Assembly (NCBI GenBank): GCA_002633005.1
Contig: NMRA01000067.1
Span: 92,752 to 156,751, forward strand
Direction: 5' to 3'
Source of the DNA: Phoronis australis
Lineage: Eukaryota; Animalia; Phoronida
Length of the DNA stretch: 64,000 bases
Shown here: positions 35,501 to 48,910 of the stretch, one piece after another
How positions within the stretch are numbered: position 1 is the stretch's first letter
Layout of the letters: each line of letters begins with the position of its first letter
The notes under the pieces: model-generated
Database searches by the model: none
What the model saw: only the letters and a program-made list of their open reading frames with translations
What the model was told of the DNA's origin: nothing
Translations under genes and position numbers: made by a program

Positions 35501-37457
35501 CTGAGAACTGTTGCTGCAGCAGTCCAATTTGAGACACACAGCACCAACGTAACCCTTAATAGAAACTGACAGAAACATCTCTTTTAGCGTGCAAAACAAC
35601 TGATGTGTGAAAAATAAGATGCCAAGTGACCTAAACATCAATGTCACAACCTATCGCAAACGAAGTGAATCAGATGGACCTTCAGTTTTAAAAGGAAACA
35701 AAAAATCCTCAAACCGACACATTAACAATAAGTCCAAAGCGTGCGTTGAGGATAATTTTCATATTTAATGTGAAAATAATGTCACCAAGGAGAGACAGAA
35801 CGTGTCACGAGGTGCCGCAGACTTGTGTTGTGCCGGCAAACTTAATTGAACACCTCAGGTTTTCTAATTTAGCAGGCAACCCGAGTAGCTGGTAGCTGGG
35901 ATGAAGGCAGAAGGCAAGTCAGGATCATCAGACAAAAAGCTCTAGACACTTTAAACTAGCAAACAAAGGTACAACCTCGAGATTGGTGTGATTAAGCAAC
36001 TTTGAAGAGCAAAAAGTGAAACAGAGTTGTAACATCAAAAGGATGATGGGCATGAATTGCAGTCATTCGGTAACGGTTACCATGGAAACACTGTGTCATA
36101 ATGGTTTAGCTGCAAAGATAAAACGATCATGCAAAGAAAACATATAATTGGCTGACGGACTTCCTAATGGACAACAGCGTAAAATGTATTATTACAGATC
36201 ATTTTAAAGAAAGGCCTTTTGCAGTTTCACAGCTTAAATTTCCGCCAAATGAATCACAGAGTTGGATAGTGGATACCATAGAATTCGACTATGACACTTG
36301 TGCAACAATATCATCATTTACTGTGTGCAACTACCTTCTAATACAGCCAGGTGGCAGCAAGTGTCATCATCACCACACAACAAGACAACACTGCGTCACC
36401 TAGTGGCACAATTTTAGTACAGAATGAAATAGCTGAGTAACCATGCAATATGATTCAACCACGCCAACAACAATGGTTCGCAGCCAGAAAAAAAATTAAA
36501 AAACAGAATCAGACATAATAAAATAGATGAGATTCATGGGGCAATGGACACAAAAACATGGCCTATGCAATAAATTTTAAGTCTATTTCACTCAATCATA
36601 CTTCTTCTTCAGCCAGGTAAAAAGGTAGTCTTTCTCAATAAAATGGTCACAAGTCATCTCCTAAATCTAGTCCTCATGTCTTTTAAACCTTGGAAGGACC
36701 CTGGGCATGATACGTTACAAGCAGCAGGAGCTAAAATTTCCCAAATCCTGTCTACTCTCTACAAGGCCAATCTTAGATTAGACGATATCCCAGAAACCCA
36801 GACCAAAGCAAGGGTAGATTTTATACCTAAGCCTGGCAAAGATTCTTACTTCTAAACTGATTCCTTTGAATCAATAACTGTAACTTCCTTGTTCTTAAAA
36901 GGACTTGAGAAATCGGTTCTGTGGCAGTTTGATAGCCAAGATGTTATGTGCAAACTCTCGAGGAATGCTTAAAGACCAAGTTACTCTACAGAGACAGCTC
37001 TTCACCAAATTGCTAGACTGCTTGAACAGCTTGTGTGCGACAAAATCTTCACTCTAGGTACTTTCACTGACATTGTTGGTACCTTCAGCTACACCAAACA
37101 TGATGGAATCCATGCACCCCAGAATGCACCGGGACACCTGCTTATTTTCCTTTAAGGCCTTCTACAGTACATTACCCTAAGCCCCCTGCACTGATCACTC
37201 ATTACCCTGGTGAAGATAATATTATCTTTAATTTCTCTAAGCCATAGTGTACTCACTGTTGCCGCTGACTTTCACGGAGTATCTGGGGTAGTTAGGAAGG
37301 CTATAGTCAGTCCCCAGGGCAAAGCCATCCTTGGACCACTGGAATGCCCCTTCCTGGTCCTGTACCTGACACTCCAAGATCACCTCTTGTCCAATGACGA
37401 CAGAGGTGTCAGACGGATGCTTCACAATCTTCTGTTGTGCCTTGTCTTGACACACAA
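23289..37457 (-). CDS. KIRREL: Kirrel/NEPH/SYG-1/IrreC-rst-like Ig superfamily adhesion receptor, 5'-partial: complement(join(23289..23550,23931..24034,24557..24714,25066..25179,25709..26005,26412..26699,27048..27199,28410..28518,28982..29293,29834..29953,37257..37457))
   Basis: Five Ig domains; Ig1 has QWSKDGFALG...LPNYPRY, typical of Kirrel/Rst, and Ig2 is C2-like CVANNGKP. One TM helix and a C-terminal class I PDZ motif STNV*. All 10 introns are GT-AG with consistent phases; about 705 codons. No FN3 domain, so not nephrin. Start exon not located. Confidence 0.92.
23931..24034 (-). CDS. KIRREL: Kirrel-like cytoplasmic exon 2
   Basis: Encodes SPNGYGSPPADYPDGYNYNAEYPKEYRNGGPPQN; splice sites tttttttaAG / GTaaag; phases 0/2 fit the neighbours. 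Confidence 0.85.
24557..24714 (-). CDS. KIRREL: Kirrel-like cytoplasmic exon 1
   Basis: Encodes DSDTSSDIDKKRENG...AEYDELKYPDHR; splice sites cttttAG / GTgagt; phases 1/0 fit the neighbours. Confidence 0.85.
24981..25045. repeat. 30-bp tandem duplication
   Basis: caataaatggac(g/c)aagcctgcacccttca(a/c) x2, just inside the intron after the TM exon donor. Confidence 0.85.
25066..25179 (-). CDS. KIRREL: Kirrel-like transmembrane exon
   Basis: Encodes AVPMAYVIGGVCGGVVLMVVIAIGIFCYHKRKVKEGA (hydrophobic helix plus basic stop-transfer); splice sites catgtAG / GTaagt. Confidence 0.92.
25709..26005 (-). CDS. KIRREL: Kirrel-like exon, Ig5
   Basis: Encodes PPKI...VCTALSMPRPDRMVW...DYGRYNCTVVNTYGMD...; splice sites ccttgtAG / GTgagt. 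Confidence 0.92.
26412..26699 (-). CDS. KIRREL: Kirrel-like exon, Ig4
   Basis: Encodes GPKF...LRCDVSGNPKPFIIWTK...DIGTYECTAAVSGF...LFLK; splice sites ctctgcAG / GTgaac. Confidence 0.92.
27048..27199 (-). CDS. KIRREL: Kirrel-like exon, Ig3 C-half
   Basis: Encodes WYRGDNIIPGE...HGNTISCEASNKVG...RME; splice sites aaacAG / GTaagt. Confidence 0.9.
27752..27877. repeat. G-rich tandem repeat, about 40 bp x 3
   Basis: caaaggtg(a)catgggggcttggg...ggatc(c/t)a units at 27752, 27793 and 27832. Confidence 0.8.
28410..28518 (-). CDS. KIRREL: Kirrel-like exon, Ig3 N-half
   Basis: Encodes APEVSM...EGGTIKFKCDSVANPTAVTW; splice sites gttgcAG / GTaagt. Confidence 0.9.
28982..29293 (-). CDS. KIRREL: Kirrel-like exon, Ig2
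   Basis: Encodes PPDHP...LSCVANNGKPSPDF...DGGKTVKCQVKNAAL...LNVL; splice sites gttccAG / GTaagt. Confidence 0.92.
29834..29953 (-). CDS. KIRREL: Kirrel-like exon, Ig1 C-half
   Basis: Encodes YNLFISNVTLEDDGLWDCQLG...ATLTVL; splice sites tttccAG / GTaagc. Confidence 0.92.
36643..37115 (+). pseudogene. Decayed non-LTR retrotransposon reverse transcriptase fragment (R1/LOA-like)
   Basis: One frame with two stops: SFKPWKDPGHD...IPETQTKARVDFIPKPGKDSYF*TDSFESITVTSLFLKGLEK...A*RPSYSTETALHQI...TLGTFTDIVGTFS. This matches LINE RT motifs (KSPGPDG; FIPKPGK..FRPISL; STETAL; FLDIEGAFD). Confidence 0.85.
37257..37457 (-). CDS. KIRREL: Kirrel-like exon, Ig1 N-half
   Basis: Acceptor ttttcttccAG; encodes VCQDKAQQKIVKHPSDTSVVIGQEVILECQV...FQWSKDGFALG...PRYSVKVSGN; donor GTgagt. 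Confidence 0.92.
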
Positions 37458-39625
37458 CTGGAAGAAAAATAAGATCTAAAGCTTAAGCAGTCACGCAACT
37501 AAAACGCAGGTGATACACTTAGTGACAGACGCAACCGATAAACTTGGGTTATCACACATATGTATAGTATAAATTCAGAAAAAAGCGTCACTGATGTATA
37601 TGAAAATGGTCCAGAAATATTTATCAGGGGCTTTACTAGATAACATGAAATATTGGAATTTTCTTAATTTCAATCAATACCGCTGATAATCCAATCTCTA
37701 CAATGGAGTAGAAATCATATCTGTTACAAACTAGCAGACTGTTGTAGTTATATTGTTAGCTTTACTGATTTTGGGAAGAACTGGTCCTTCAGTAAAGGGA
37801 ATTTCACAGCAGTTATTTACTTTGCATTAAAATTCCATTAAGTTGGTTAGGTAATAAAACAACTAGGAAACAGCTTTCATTACAAGCTGGACCCCACGAT
37901 GCCTTTAGGATTGTTTACATCTGTTATTTCTACATCCCTTGACTAACTGTTCTTTGAAATTAGTAACAAGGACCTGGTAATAATTAGCCAGCTCTGATCG
38001 GCTATCAGGTTTTGACATAGCCAATTACTAAGCTGGGCTAAAACAACAAACACCATACCTAGTTTTCATTTTCAATATTTTCACGCCAATCTTGAGCCCA
38101 ACCGTAATTTGTGTCAATTGAATTAAGGACAACAGCAACGTAGCAGAAAACAGCCCGAGGTGAGATGACGACGACGACGAGAAGAGACCGAGATTGGGTG
38201 ACTGAGGTTAAGCTAGCTTTTGATGACTAAAACATTGATTCATTTTACAAGATTGCAAAGAAAAATTGGACTAGACACTGCAATTTTGTTTTAATTTTCA
38301 CCTTGAGTGTGATTTTAAAATTAAGAAGAAGTGAATACTTTGACAACTGCAAGAAACAGATCTGAGACAGAGGCTCTCTTTTTCACGTACACAAGTAGTA
38401 GGCTTAAACAACTATTTTAATCCAATATTGAAAGACATTTGGCAGACACCGTGTTTAATCTGTATAAGGGGTAACTGGTTACAAAAGCACTACAACAGCT
38501 CAGGCAGTAATTAGCCAGGACCCCTGTTGTTACCCAATCAACATTCAGGTTAATTCAAATGGCGGAAAATCTAGTAAAAAAAATTGTGGGGTTGACAAGA
38601 AAAAACAGGTGCTTTAACGGGTGACTGTGGAGCCAGACAGCTCGGGTGTCGCCGGACTCCAAGGGTCTTGGGCAGGCTGCTAATTACTACTGAGTTAACG
38701 AGTAAACGAGAGGTGAGTATGATGGCAGCTAGCTTGAGTTTCAGTGGTCAGCAATTCTGTGACATTCCTGGACGCTAGTTTAAGCAAGTCAAGTTCGCAT
38801 TTCTCAATTCAGGAATTTTAGGTTTATACTTAAATTCCATTTCTGACATTTTACTGTAGTATCCTTGTGCGAACTCCTTGTCAAGACAGATCCCTGCTCC
38901 TTTTAGGTGCGGGCGTTGGAGATGTGTTTTTGCATCAAACTTGTTGCCAAATTCACAATTTCTAGAAGCAGCTGAACTAAAGCCGATCATCAGAACAAAA
39001 ATTGTGATGAAAATTTACTATGTTGGAGAGTTAGCATTCATTCCTTTAAACCAAACTTTCACTTGTATAAGCCAAGAGCAGAGATTGATTTGGTGGCACC
39101 AACATAATGTCAAAAGAACCAGAATGTCTCACTGTGTTCAACATCACCACCCTCATCTCCCCGAAATATAATTTTAGTCTACTTGTTGGTCACAACCTAT
39201 ACTGTGTCCTTAGCTCATCACCAGTTTAACTGATTTGCAGGGTGTTGAAAAAATAAACTGATGAAAAAATAAACAGAACATGACTTGAAACACATTAGTT
39301 AACAAAAATGACATCCACGGTCTTTGAAAGTGACACCACATGCCGTGGAGAGATAAGGAGAAACAATCTTTGTTGCAGAAAGTCAATTGAGAAACAAAAC
39401 TGTTTCCTGACTTTAGAACTTTGCTAATGGTGTAGAACTACACAGAAGATCAGAGGAGTGATAGGAAGACATTTATTGTGGTAAACAGGCAGGCACACAT
39501 CTGTGGGGTACACACCAGCACAGTACACACATCTGTGGGAGTGGGGTACAAACGAGCATGGTACACACCACAAGAGACGCCTGTTCATGACAAGATGGTG
39601 GTGTGGGAAACAAAAGCCAAGGAGG

Positions 39626-39760
39626 TAAAATCTCGCCAATTTCTCGTACAAAAATAACTGCCAAAATTACCCATTTTCCTTTTTCAAGGTCTTCCAAAAT
39701 TGTTCTGAATGCCCAATTTTATTTCGAAAATAATTGCTGATAGCTGTGGCACAGAGCTCG
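39626..39760 (+). mobile_element. Dispersed repeat family (related copies at about 383-510, 19388-19505, 35213-35335, 43883-43950, and 52220-52252 on -)
   Basis: Shared aatctc(a/g)ccaattt...aaaaataa(t/c)tgcc...ttttc.aagg...ttgtgaatgccca motif string. Confidence 0.65.
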
Positions 39761-42700
39761 AACATGATAAAGCATTAATTTGATGCAACATAAATTTAAT
39801 GAGAAAGTGAGTAATTGAAATTTCACTCATCAACCATATTGTGTCCTTAATTGGTAGAATGTTACGGTATTGTTCGAGAGATTAAGGTGATAATTTGTCT
39901 CGAGGGATTCACCGGCAGCTAAATGAATGTTACAACGAAATGTTCACTTTCACTCATCAGCATTGTTATCTTAAATAATTTATTCTCGTTATTGAATGGC
40001 TAAATTGAGTGCCTGATATTCCTACAGTATATGAGAACACAACTCTCTGTCTAAATCTGTGCTTGTGTTCACTGCGTGATAACCAACCACCAGGAGGCAC
40101 ACCGTGTAAACTTCTACATTTATTTGCCAAATATTTTAACTTTTTTTGGATGGTTTTTGGTTGAGGCTCAGACCTAACTAATTGAAATTCGAAATTTTAA
40201 CCCATAAATATGTAGTTAACAACTCAACTTTTAAGTTGCTAAGTGCCAAGTGCGAATGAACTTGTATTTACGGTACAAACTGCAAGAGAACTTCTGACCT
40301 CACTAGAAACAGCTCCATAAATAAGGAATTGACGATGAGCAGTGCGAATCAGTTTCAAAATTATGTTTAGCAAACTGTTTTCTAGATTTTGTGAATCGCT
40401 TGACATTGTAAATAAAAATTACATGTAAAAGAAACACTGGAAGTCACACAGCAAAATAGAAAACAAGTCAAGTGTAATAAAGACATTGAAGCCCTAAGAA
40501 AAATACCTCAGCTCTTAACATTAAAAAAACCCAAAAATGAAAACATTGGTCTGAAAAGCTTCCGCTACACGATCATATGTTCAAAACCAGATGAAGGAGT
40601 CCGACTATAGACAAAAAATGTGTTTACAATATCTAATTATGACACAAAGTCTGCAACGATACGAAGAACAAATTAAAGGACCAAATGTTATCATGACAAA
40701 GAGCAAGAGGAAATATGACAAGTTATGTATTACGATGGCGGACACGCACACTCTCAGCCACATACTAAAGGGAGGTATACCTACTGGGTAGCTGGTGTTT
40801 AGCAATTTTTAGCTGGGTGGTTTTTGAATTGTTTTGACTAGTGCCTGTGATAGGGTTGGATTGTCAATAGATGTTGGACCTTCTAAATGTCAAAACAAGC
40901 ATCAACTACTCTAAGGTGGTTGTACTTCGAAACACAAACAAGGGTGGTTGGCGGCTATTGCACAAAGAAACACATGCGCATGGTCCTGCTATGGTCTAGG
41001 CCACCAGCTGAAGTCAACCCATGTATACATTAACTCAATATTTAACTAAGAGCCTTGTACCAACACAGAGGTATCTAAATTGCAGTATTCATTGTGTACA
41101 AGTCTGAATGGTCAAGGTGTACAAAACAAGATGGTGATTCTCACACAAACTGCAGCCATCAAATTTGAATAAGGTGTGAAAGTAAACACCCTTTCACTGC
41201 CATGCTGGGGTGACAGTTTCCACCATGTAAATGGTGTTAGTTAAGGCACCTAACCTACACCGCCGCCCCTATGAACAGTGATGCTCAAATATTGGCTACC
41301 TGGCTTGAACACACACAGGTAGTAATCAAGTAATCAACCGATGTACAACACCTGACAGTGATGACATCTGAACACAGTGACTCATTGTCTACAGCACAGC
41401 ATGGTTAGATAGGCAATGACGTTATGATCATTACAAACAAAATACAAGCTTCGACAACTGAAAATAAAAAATGCAACGCTGCCCGTAAAAGCAAGGCACA
41501 CAAGCCAAATGCGTGTTTTTTAAACATTTTTACAATAACCAACGAAACTGAAATGAAAACCATATTTTAGATGACAGATAATAAGCTGTCCGCTATATTC
41601 TAGCATTGAATACTTTATCACTGCCAGAAACAATGTTCATGAAAGAAAATTTACAGGGAAAATCCCTTTGAGTTGGTTTCAGATATTCGACAGAAAACAA
41701 TGACATGTTCACAGTTTTTGTTTAGTTTGGACATTTTCCTTGTGTAAGTCTTTCCATAATTTACTAAACCAAACCAAGAACCCACAGATTTTAAAGACCA
41801 GTTTCAATAGAACTAACTGACCACACGTAAAGACCAATCATTTAATTTATGAGTCTGAAATTACCCAACTTAAACCATATCCAAGATTAGTTTACTGTGT
41901 TGAGAGTACCACAGTGCACTCACCTGATCTAAAGAGAATACTGTACAGTAGCAGTAGAACCTGGACCCCCAGGTACACCTGCCTTCTGCCCTCCATCATC
42001 ACAGGCCCTTGTTGCCCAGGTGTCAACTAGCTCAGGTATGCCTCACTGCAAAGAAACACAATCAATGACTGTCAATATTGTGAGGTGGAATATAACGCTC
42101 CATCAATCGAGCAATTAATAAAAAACGTCCGAATCAATGTACACAACAATTATACCATGTTTACGGGTGACAAACACCCAACACAAGTCATGCTATTTAT
42201 TACGCAGTCACATCAGACAGGGGTCCAGAATGGGGTCCATTTACTTTCCACTCACATCATACATGTGCCTGTAGTTAACCACATGGAAATGAGCTAGTAC
42301 ACTGATGCTAAACAACATGTTTTTAATTATTCAGTGAACTGCATCAAATCAATCAGTCAATGCAACAATCTCTAAATCTTCGAAATATACATCAAATATT
42401 ATAATTCAATAATATTTGCCAAAGGTATACTACACAGCCTCAAGAAGGAATATTTTGATTCATTCACCATGACGATTTAAATCAAAACTTTTCGATGCAA
42501 CTTCCAGTACCCAGACACTTTACCGACTGTAATTCAATTAAATTTAAAATTACAAAAATTTCAGATTCCAACCATAAAGAAGGTTCCCACATCCTACAAG
42601 CCAGGACAGCTCAACACAAGTATTCAGTTTTACACCATTTCAATAGAATACAAACTCAGATTCATCATAGTGCCCGCAGCACCATCAGCCATCGCATATT

Positions 42701-42939
42701 CATGGCAACAAGGTCTAAATTTACCTGCATTTTATTAAACCCGGCTAGCTAAAGAAACACAAGTAGTAACTGTCCTACACACAACATGCAAATGTAGTCA
42801 TCGTAATATCATAGTCACCAGACTCTGGCTGCATGGAACAGTTTCGGTAAAGGTCTAAGCCATGTCCCCTAACTTTTACTACATTTGTGGACTTGTGAAA
42901 ACACTGGCTAGTCTTTCTTATGTTGTTTTATTTTCACTA

Positions 42940-43167
42940 CAAAGTCTAGTTTAGTGATACATATTGAAAGTAAACTCTACGTTGAAATCGATTAATATTA
43001 CTGAAAATCAATATTCTTTCACACAAAGCCTCTAACTTAAGGACTAAGTCCCTATTTATATTAAATGAAATAAGTTCTCAGCTTTCAATAAATTATTCGA
43101 AGGTAGCTTCAAGTCAAAGTCTAGTTTAGGCTTCGAAACATACTGAAAGTAAACTCTACGTTGAAAT
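42940..43167. repeat. Direct repeat pair of about 50 bp
   Basis: caaagtctagtttag...cata(t/c)tgaaagtaaactctacgttgaaat at 42940-42988 and 43115-43167. Confidence 0.8.
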
Positions 43168-46100
43168 AGGAGTTCGTAACAAAGATAAAACATTAGAAAA
43201 ACATGGCAGTTGTGAGTTCAAAGACAAACACGCGGAAGACTTAGGGATCTCTGTTTGGGACTGTTACATGTGCACCTGAGCTTACTGCTGACCAAAACAT
43301 GCAGTGTTCACAACAAACAGAATTATTAATGCATGAAGGATGCTCTGTTTGATGTGACATTCGTCCATGAATATCACTTTAAGGCCAACCATATTAGCAC
43401 TTGGTGACCCCTAACGACGTTTCTTGCTAAGCACATCTGGAGTATTATAATGCATACAACAGCTAATGAGTCTACTTCTATGGGAAACGTGAAACAATAG
43501 TGTAATTAGTAATGAAGGGGTCTGACTGTGCAGGTGATATATGACTATTCTGCTGGCTAGGTTTGTGCTATAAAATGCAGACAATGGTTCTTGTAGCAGC
43601 CGAGGCATGGAGAAATCCACATAAAATAACACAAGGTTCTACAGACACTTCAATAAACCTGGAATCACCATAGTAACCATATGCAGTAACACCGATTACA
43701 AAGGAGAATGGATTGCTTTTTTATCACAAAAAGTTGCGTAGAAATAAGTGACAACAGATGTCTCACCAGGAGATTTCTGCAGCACAACTGTATAAAGTCT
43801 CCTAGTTTACCAATACCATACGATGACGGAAGGAGTTATTAAGGGATTACGCACATGCTGACAAAATGATAAACCAATAGGACAATCTCCACCAATTTCG
43901 CACAAAAATAATTGCCAAAAATGTCATTTTCCCTTTTCAAAGGCTGATAACCTTCTTACAAATAATGGAAAGTTTAGCGACTGTTGATTTACGACATCCA
44001 TGCACCATCATCCATGCTTGTAAATAAGACTCCAATGTTTTTAATCTTCTGTGGAGAAATTTAACAAAATAGGATTTCACTTGTCAGCTATGTTGTGTGC
44101 TAAAAAAGTGAAAACTACAGCAGCATGCCTCAAATGATACATGAATAATATGTCTCAGATGAAGGTGAGTTGAAAGCTACTATTTATGATCCCTGTTGAA
44201 TGGCAACTTGTATTAGATTTAAAGCCTCCACAATACACTTGAGGTTATGAACAGACCACCTGCCAACTTAGGAACCAAAGGAGTGTCAATTGAAACTGAG
44301 AAGCTAGCTGAACCTTTCAGACCAGCTTCGGTAGTCAATGGACACCAAAATTTATCTCAGTTTGATGTGAGGGTCATCAAATGTATCGTAAGGTGGGTAC
44401 CCGAAAACCTTATGCAGTCATTTTTCTTAATTTTAAGTATGATAAAAATGTTAAGATAATAAATGAAATGAAGTGCTCTTAGTGATAGAAAGGTAAATAT
44501 TTGAGAAAAAATATTATGAATTATCATTATATGATTTCCACAGATTATTAAGTTATAACCTCATATTTCAGAGTAAATAATTCTCCATATTGACCGCTAA
44601 TACCTTGCTATAGTAACGAGATTTCAATTCCGTTTAAAAACATTTTTGTGAAACAATGCACGTTGTGATTCAATTACCAGATCTTTGCATCAAGCTACCA
44701 CTTTACTACTGCACCACTAGTAATCACTGAACATTTGTAGAAACCTGCAAACCTGCATCAAGGCATCGCAGGTCCCATCAGAGGTTTTCAAAGGTTAAAA
44801 TTCACCGACCTTCAATACAGGTCATTTGCTCGAGCTTTAGTGTGTGTGCACACTGAGCGTGCTGACACGCAGCTTGAGATCGCATCAATATAACCAGTGA
44901 CAATTGTAGATTGATTTACAGTAAAAATGACTTTTTTATGACCCCAGAACATGACATCTTTCCCAAAATACAATTGCTCCTTCGTCCATTACTAGTATCT
45001 ACTGGAAGTTTTTTTCAAAATCTTTCCACATTTTGGGCAATAGTTGAATAAAATGCACCTGCATTTTGAGAACCAGTTTTTTCCTCTGAATAACCAGCAT
45101 AAAACTGGTTGTCAAAATCGTTATATACGACTTGCCTTGCTTTGCGTAAAAACTGGTAGCTGACGTACTGAAGAAGTTATCAACATACAACCAAGAATAC
45201 AATGTAAACTTCTACTTACTTAGACTGGACGTAAAAATATAATAAACAATTATGGACTTTTACACTTGGCTGATATGTTGGTTTTCACGTTATTAAGCTC
45301 CAAAAACCAACATATTTGCCCAGGTGAAAATCAGCACAAGCTGCCATTATTGACTAACCTACCAATAACTACCGATAACTTCGACACCAAAGTTGAGTGT
45401 TCATACCTACTGAACGAAAAACACAGAATCATGGAGACCAGTATGAAAGATTCTCACATCAGTCTTGACGGGCTTCGAGTGTCACACAGCTGTCTGGGGA
45501 GAAAACTTATAGAAGCCTACAGTAACTAATTAACAGCATCACCTCTCACCTGGCTAGTGTGAAAAGTCCATTAATTGTAAATGAACCACTGCGGACACTG
45601 ATAACGGTAATTAACAGCTTAATGAACTTTCAAAATATTCTTAAAAAACGTCATTTCGAGTCATCAAAAAGTCGTTGTTCATGATCAGAATTTCAGATCA
45701 AATCAACGAAACCATGACGCACTGCATTCTGATTGGTAAGTTGACCACTGGTCACACTGTTCAGGCATGTAAGCACAGTGATTGAATAGATTGTCAAAGG
45801 GGTTCATATTCAGTCAACAAGAACACCAAAGTAAGAAGAGATGCCACAGTGATGACAAGTGGGGTAAAAATTCTTAGTCTGGGAAAGTTTCTAAAATTTG
45901 AGATACTGAAATTCAAACCAAATTTGAATGTTCTTAATTCTAAAGATCGGAACGTGGGCAATTTTGGCTTTGTCATATTTCACAAATATCGGACACTGCG
46001 TTCTGAACCCAGAGAGTCTAAGAACAGACTTGGCAGTTCACAAAATCATTGAAAGAACCCAATGTGTGGAGAACGATCGTTTGCCGTTGACCAGAACTCA

Positions 46101-48607
46101 TGAACTTGAGACTCCCAATACTGCCTTTAAAGTTGGCACAAGCTCGTACCTTCAGCAATGTAAGCTGGCCACACTGCTTCTGAGGATGGTGTTTTAATAA
46201 ATCCCGAAACATGTCAAGCTGATTTAAATCCATCGTTGTTTTTATCAGCAATGTAATTCATTTTTCACTGGAGAATTTTAACTGCAACCCAAAGACAATG
46301 AAGAATTCCGAAACGAGAAGCAAGTACCAACACAGGGCATGCAATACTCCAGACAGACCATGTTAAAGCTAACTCAACCTCAAAATACTCCTTCCAGGAA
46401 AGATTACAATTTAGCATGAACATCCAGACTCAACGGTCCAGCTGTTGCCATGTTTATTTTGTAGTGAGAGTTGCCTTTCAGTGGCCAGGAGGAGTTATCT
46501 GTGGAATGTCCCATGCTCAGTGTGACCTCTGAACTTTAAAAACTTCTCAACCAATGAGGATCCAGAAGGAAAGACAAAACACGGCTGTTAAGAAGTGACT
46601 GCTTATATGAACTGAAAGGCAACACAAAACAGAATTTCTGGACTCAAACATAAGCCACAGTAATGGTTGTAAATAATCATCAAACCTGACTTCCAACAAA
46701 CTGATCACAACCTTTGCCAAGGAATCTCGGTCAAGTCTTAACATTTCAGACACTTTGCCAGAAGTCAAAAAGCACTTGCGACTGAAGAGGTTCTCTAAAA
46801 TACTGAAGAAAAAACGCAACACAACTACCACCGGCTACAAACAGCTACGCTTGTTTCAGGTACCAGCACATCGGTGACTCACCTGAGTAATGGCCAACAC
46901 AGTTAGGCGTTAGTTGTAATCTACAGGTCATAAATACAGACAATAAGTTTAACTACAACAGCAGTTTACTAGTCAGTATATGGAGTAATTACTACAATAA
47001 CCACATCAGCAATCCGTCACCTTGTCACGATGTATGTCATGTTGTTAATGATCTACCGATACTTAAGTATTCAAAAAAACATAATTCCGTGTACTAGTTC
47101 ATGCAAAATAGATAAGCACGAGAATGAAAGGTTTCCAAGACAATCACTAGACACACCTTTCCTGTTAAGCATCGCGTAGCACGCACATAAACTCTCAAAT
47201 TAATGGAGTCCAGCAATGTACGATGTATTGATATTTCTTAATTCTCTTCTCTATAATTTCCAACAATATTGATCATGGTTCATTGGCCAACACTTCATGC
47301 AGCATCTTGACAAATGTAAACGAATTGTGAATTAATTACCCTTCAACAAGCTCAGGCAGTTTATAATAGACAAATGTAACGGTTCACCTATACTTAATTA
47401 ACAAGCATCCCAAGAAACAATTGGCGCACAGACAAGGACAATCCAGGTATGATAATATTGACAAATCTATCTAGCTAAATCATGACTGCAGGTAAGAGTT
47501 CAATACTTTGAACAATGTCCTTTGTGTTTATGAATGCCATGACTCCAGAGATGTGATAAAGTTCCACCCCCCAAAGAATCAAATCAAATAAAATCTATCA
47601 CCGAAAAGGTTGGGAGCAAACACCTAGGCTTTTTCCTATGTTTGTATGTGCTGATACGAGGCAGATAAAAATCATTGTGGATTGTAAAAGTCAGACTTAT
47701 GATAAATGCAAATAATGACAGCTCTGTACATTACTTGTTACTACCATTTTCCATGAAACAGGGTGAGAGACTGAATGTTGTAACATTGTAGGAAATTAAA
47801 AATTCCAACTTATTCGTTCCTAGTAAAATTTTCTGCAATAGTCTCTTCTGGTGACTCCTGATTTTGAGAACCAGGCAACCACTGAGTATCCTGTTGACGA
47901 AGCTGGTTCTCAACATCAGGAACCCCACAAGGGACTTAAACAGCCAAATGTTAAACATTTTCGGGTGAGACTATACCATCTATACGAATGAAGACAACTG
48001 GACAAAAATTTCCATAGCTTCAAAATTATGAATGCCACAGTTACACCTACGGTAAAAAGTCTCTAATTTGAGACAGTCTCTAAAATTTGGGACACTTAAA
48101 ATTCAAGCCAACACTGAATTTTCTTGCTTTTGAAGATTGGGACATGTGTAATTTTGGTGTGCATCATATTTCTTCAATATTGTATCAACAAAGTATGATG
48201 TACAATCATCACAAATAGCTGCAAATGCAATACTTGTCTTTTTTGGAATTTTATGGGACAGTCAACATTGCCTATTTCTGACCTTGACCAAAATAATCAA
48301 ATTTTCACCAGAAACACAAACTGCAGAATTGTTAAAGTCATTTGTACAGAACCAAAATGTATAGCATTTGCAGTTCGGTACAGTTCCTTAACAACTGTCT
48401 ACCAAAAGTTGCACAAGGTTGCACGGTTTCGGAAAGAATAGAACTTCTCGCACCACAATAGATTATAGGAAATTACAGGTATAGCATCCGCTAATGAGTT
48501 ACCTTGTGTAAATACAGAAACCAATTAACAGTGATAAACCTAACAGTTATGTAACCATGAGTCAATACTATTGAAAGGAAAACAATACTCAACGATACAA
48601 CACAATG

Positions 48608-48910
48608 GCCAGGGTTCTCACTAAGAAAAAATTCAAACACGTAGCAAATTCCGCATCATGTTCCTGTATCCTTTGTTTCCTTTCTGTTCATTCAGAAAAC
48701 AACAATTGGTTATACGTAATTTTCACTTGCTGGGCACGTCACTATCATTTTCAATGCAAAACCATAAAAAAATATTTACCACTATGCAACACTATAGCAA
48801 TCATTTGTCTAGTAACTTTGGCTTTTCACACATTTCTCAGTATTTGAAACACGGCTCAGGACTTTTTAAACATGGCTCATGATTTCCAAACATGGTGCAA
48901 AGCAATTCAA
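48608..48910 (+). mobile_element. Dispersed repeat with a CAGGGTTCT start; second copy at about 57707-57960
   Basis: Shared ccagggttct...aaattcaaaca, ttttcactt....gcacgtcacta and aaacatggctca blocks. Confidence 0.55.

Noticed and set aside
23289-37457. Nephrin/Sns, DSCAM-like or hypervariable Ig receptor
   Set aside because: Only five Ig domains, no FN3 domain and no tandem alternative exon cassettes were seen; the architecture fits Kirrel/NEPH.
46883-46920. Candidate minus-strand micro-exon for the Kirrel N-terminus
   Set aside because: It has AG/GTGAGT-like ends but is 38 nt long, non-hydrophobic and has no Met, so it is not a signal peptide.
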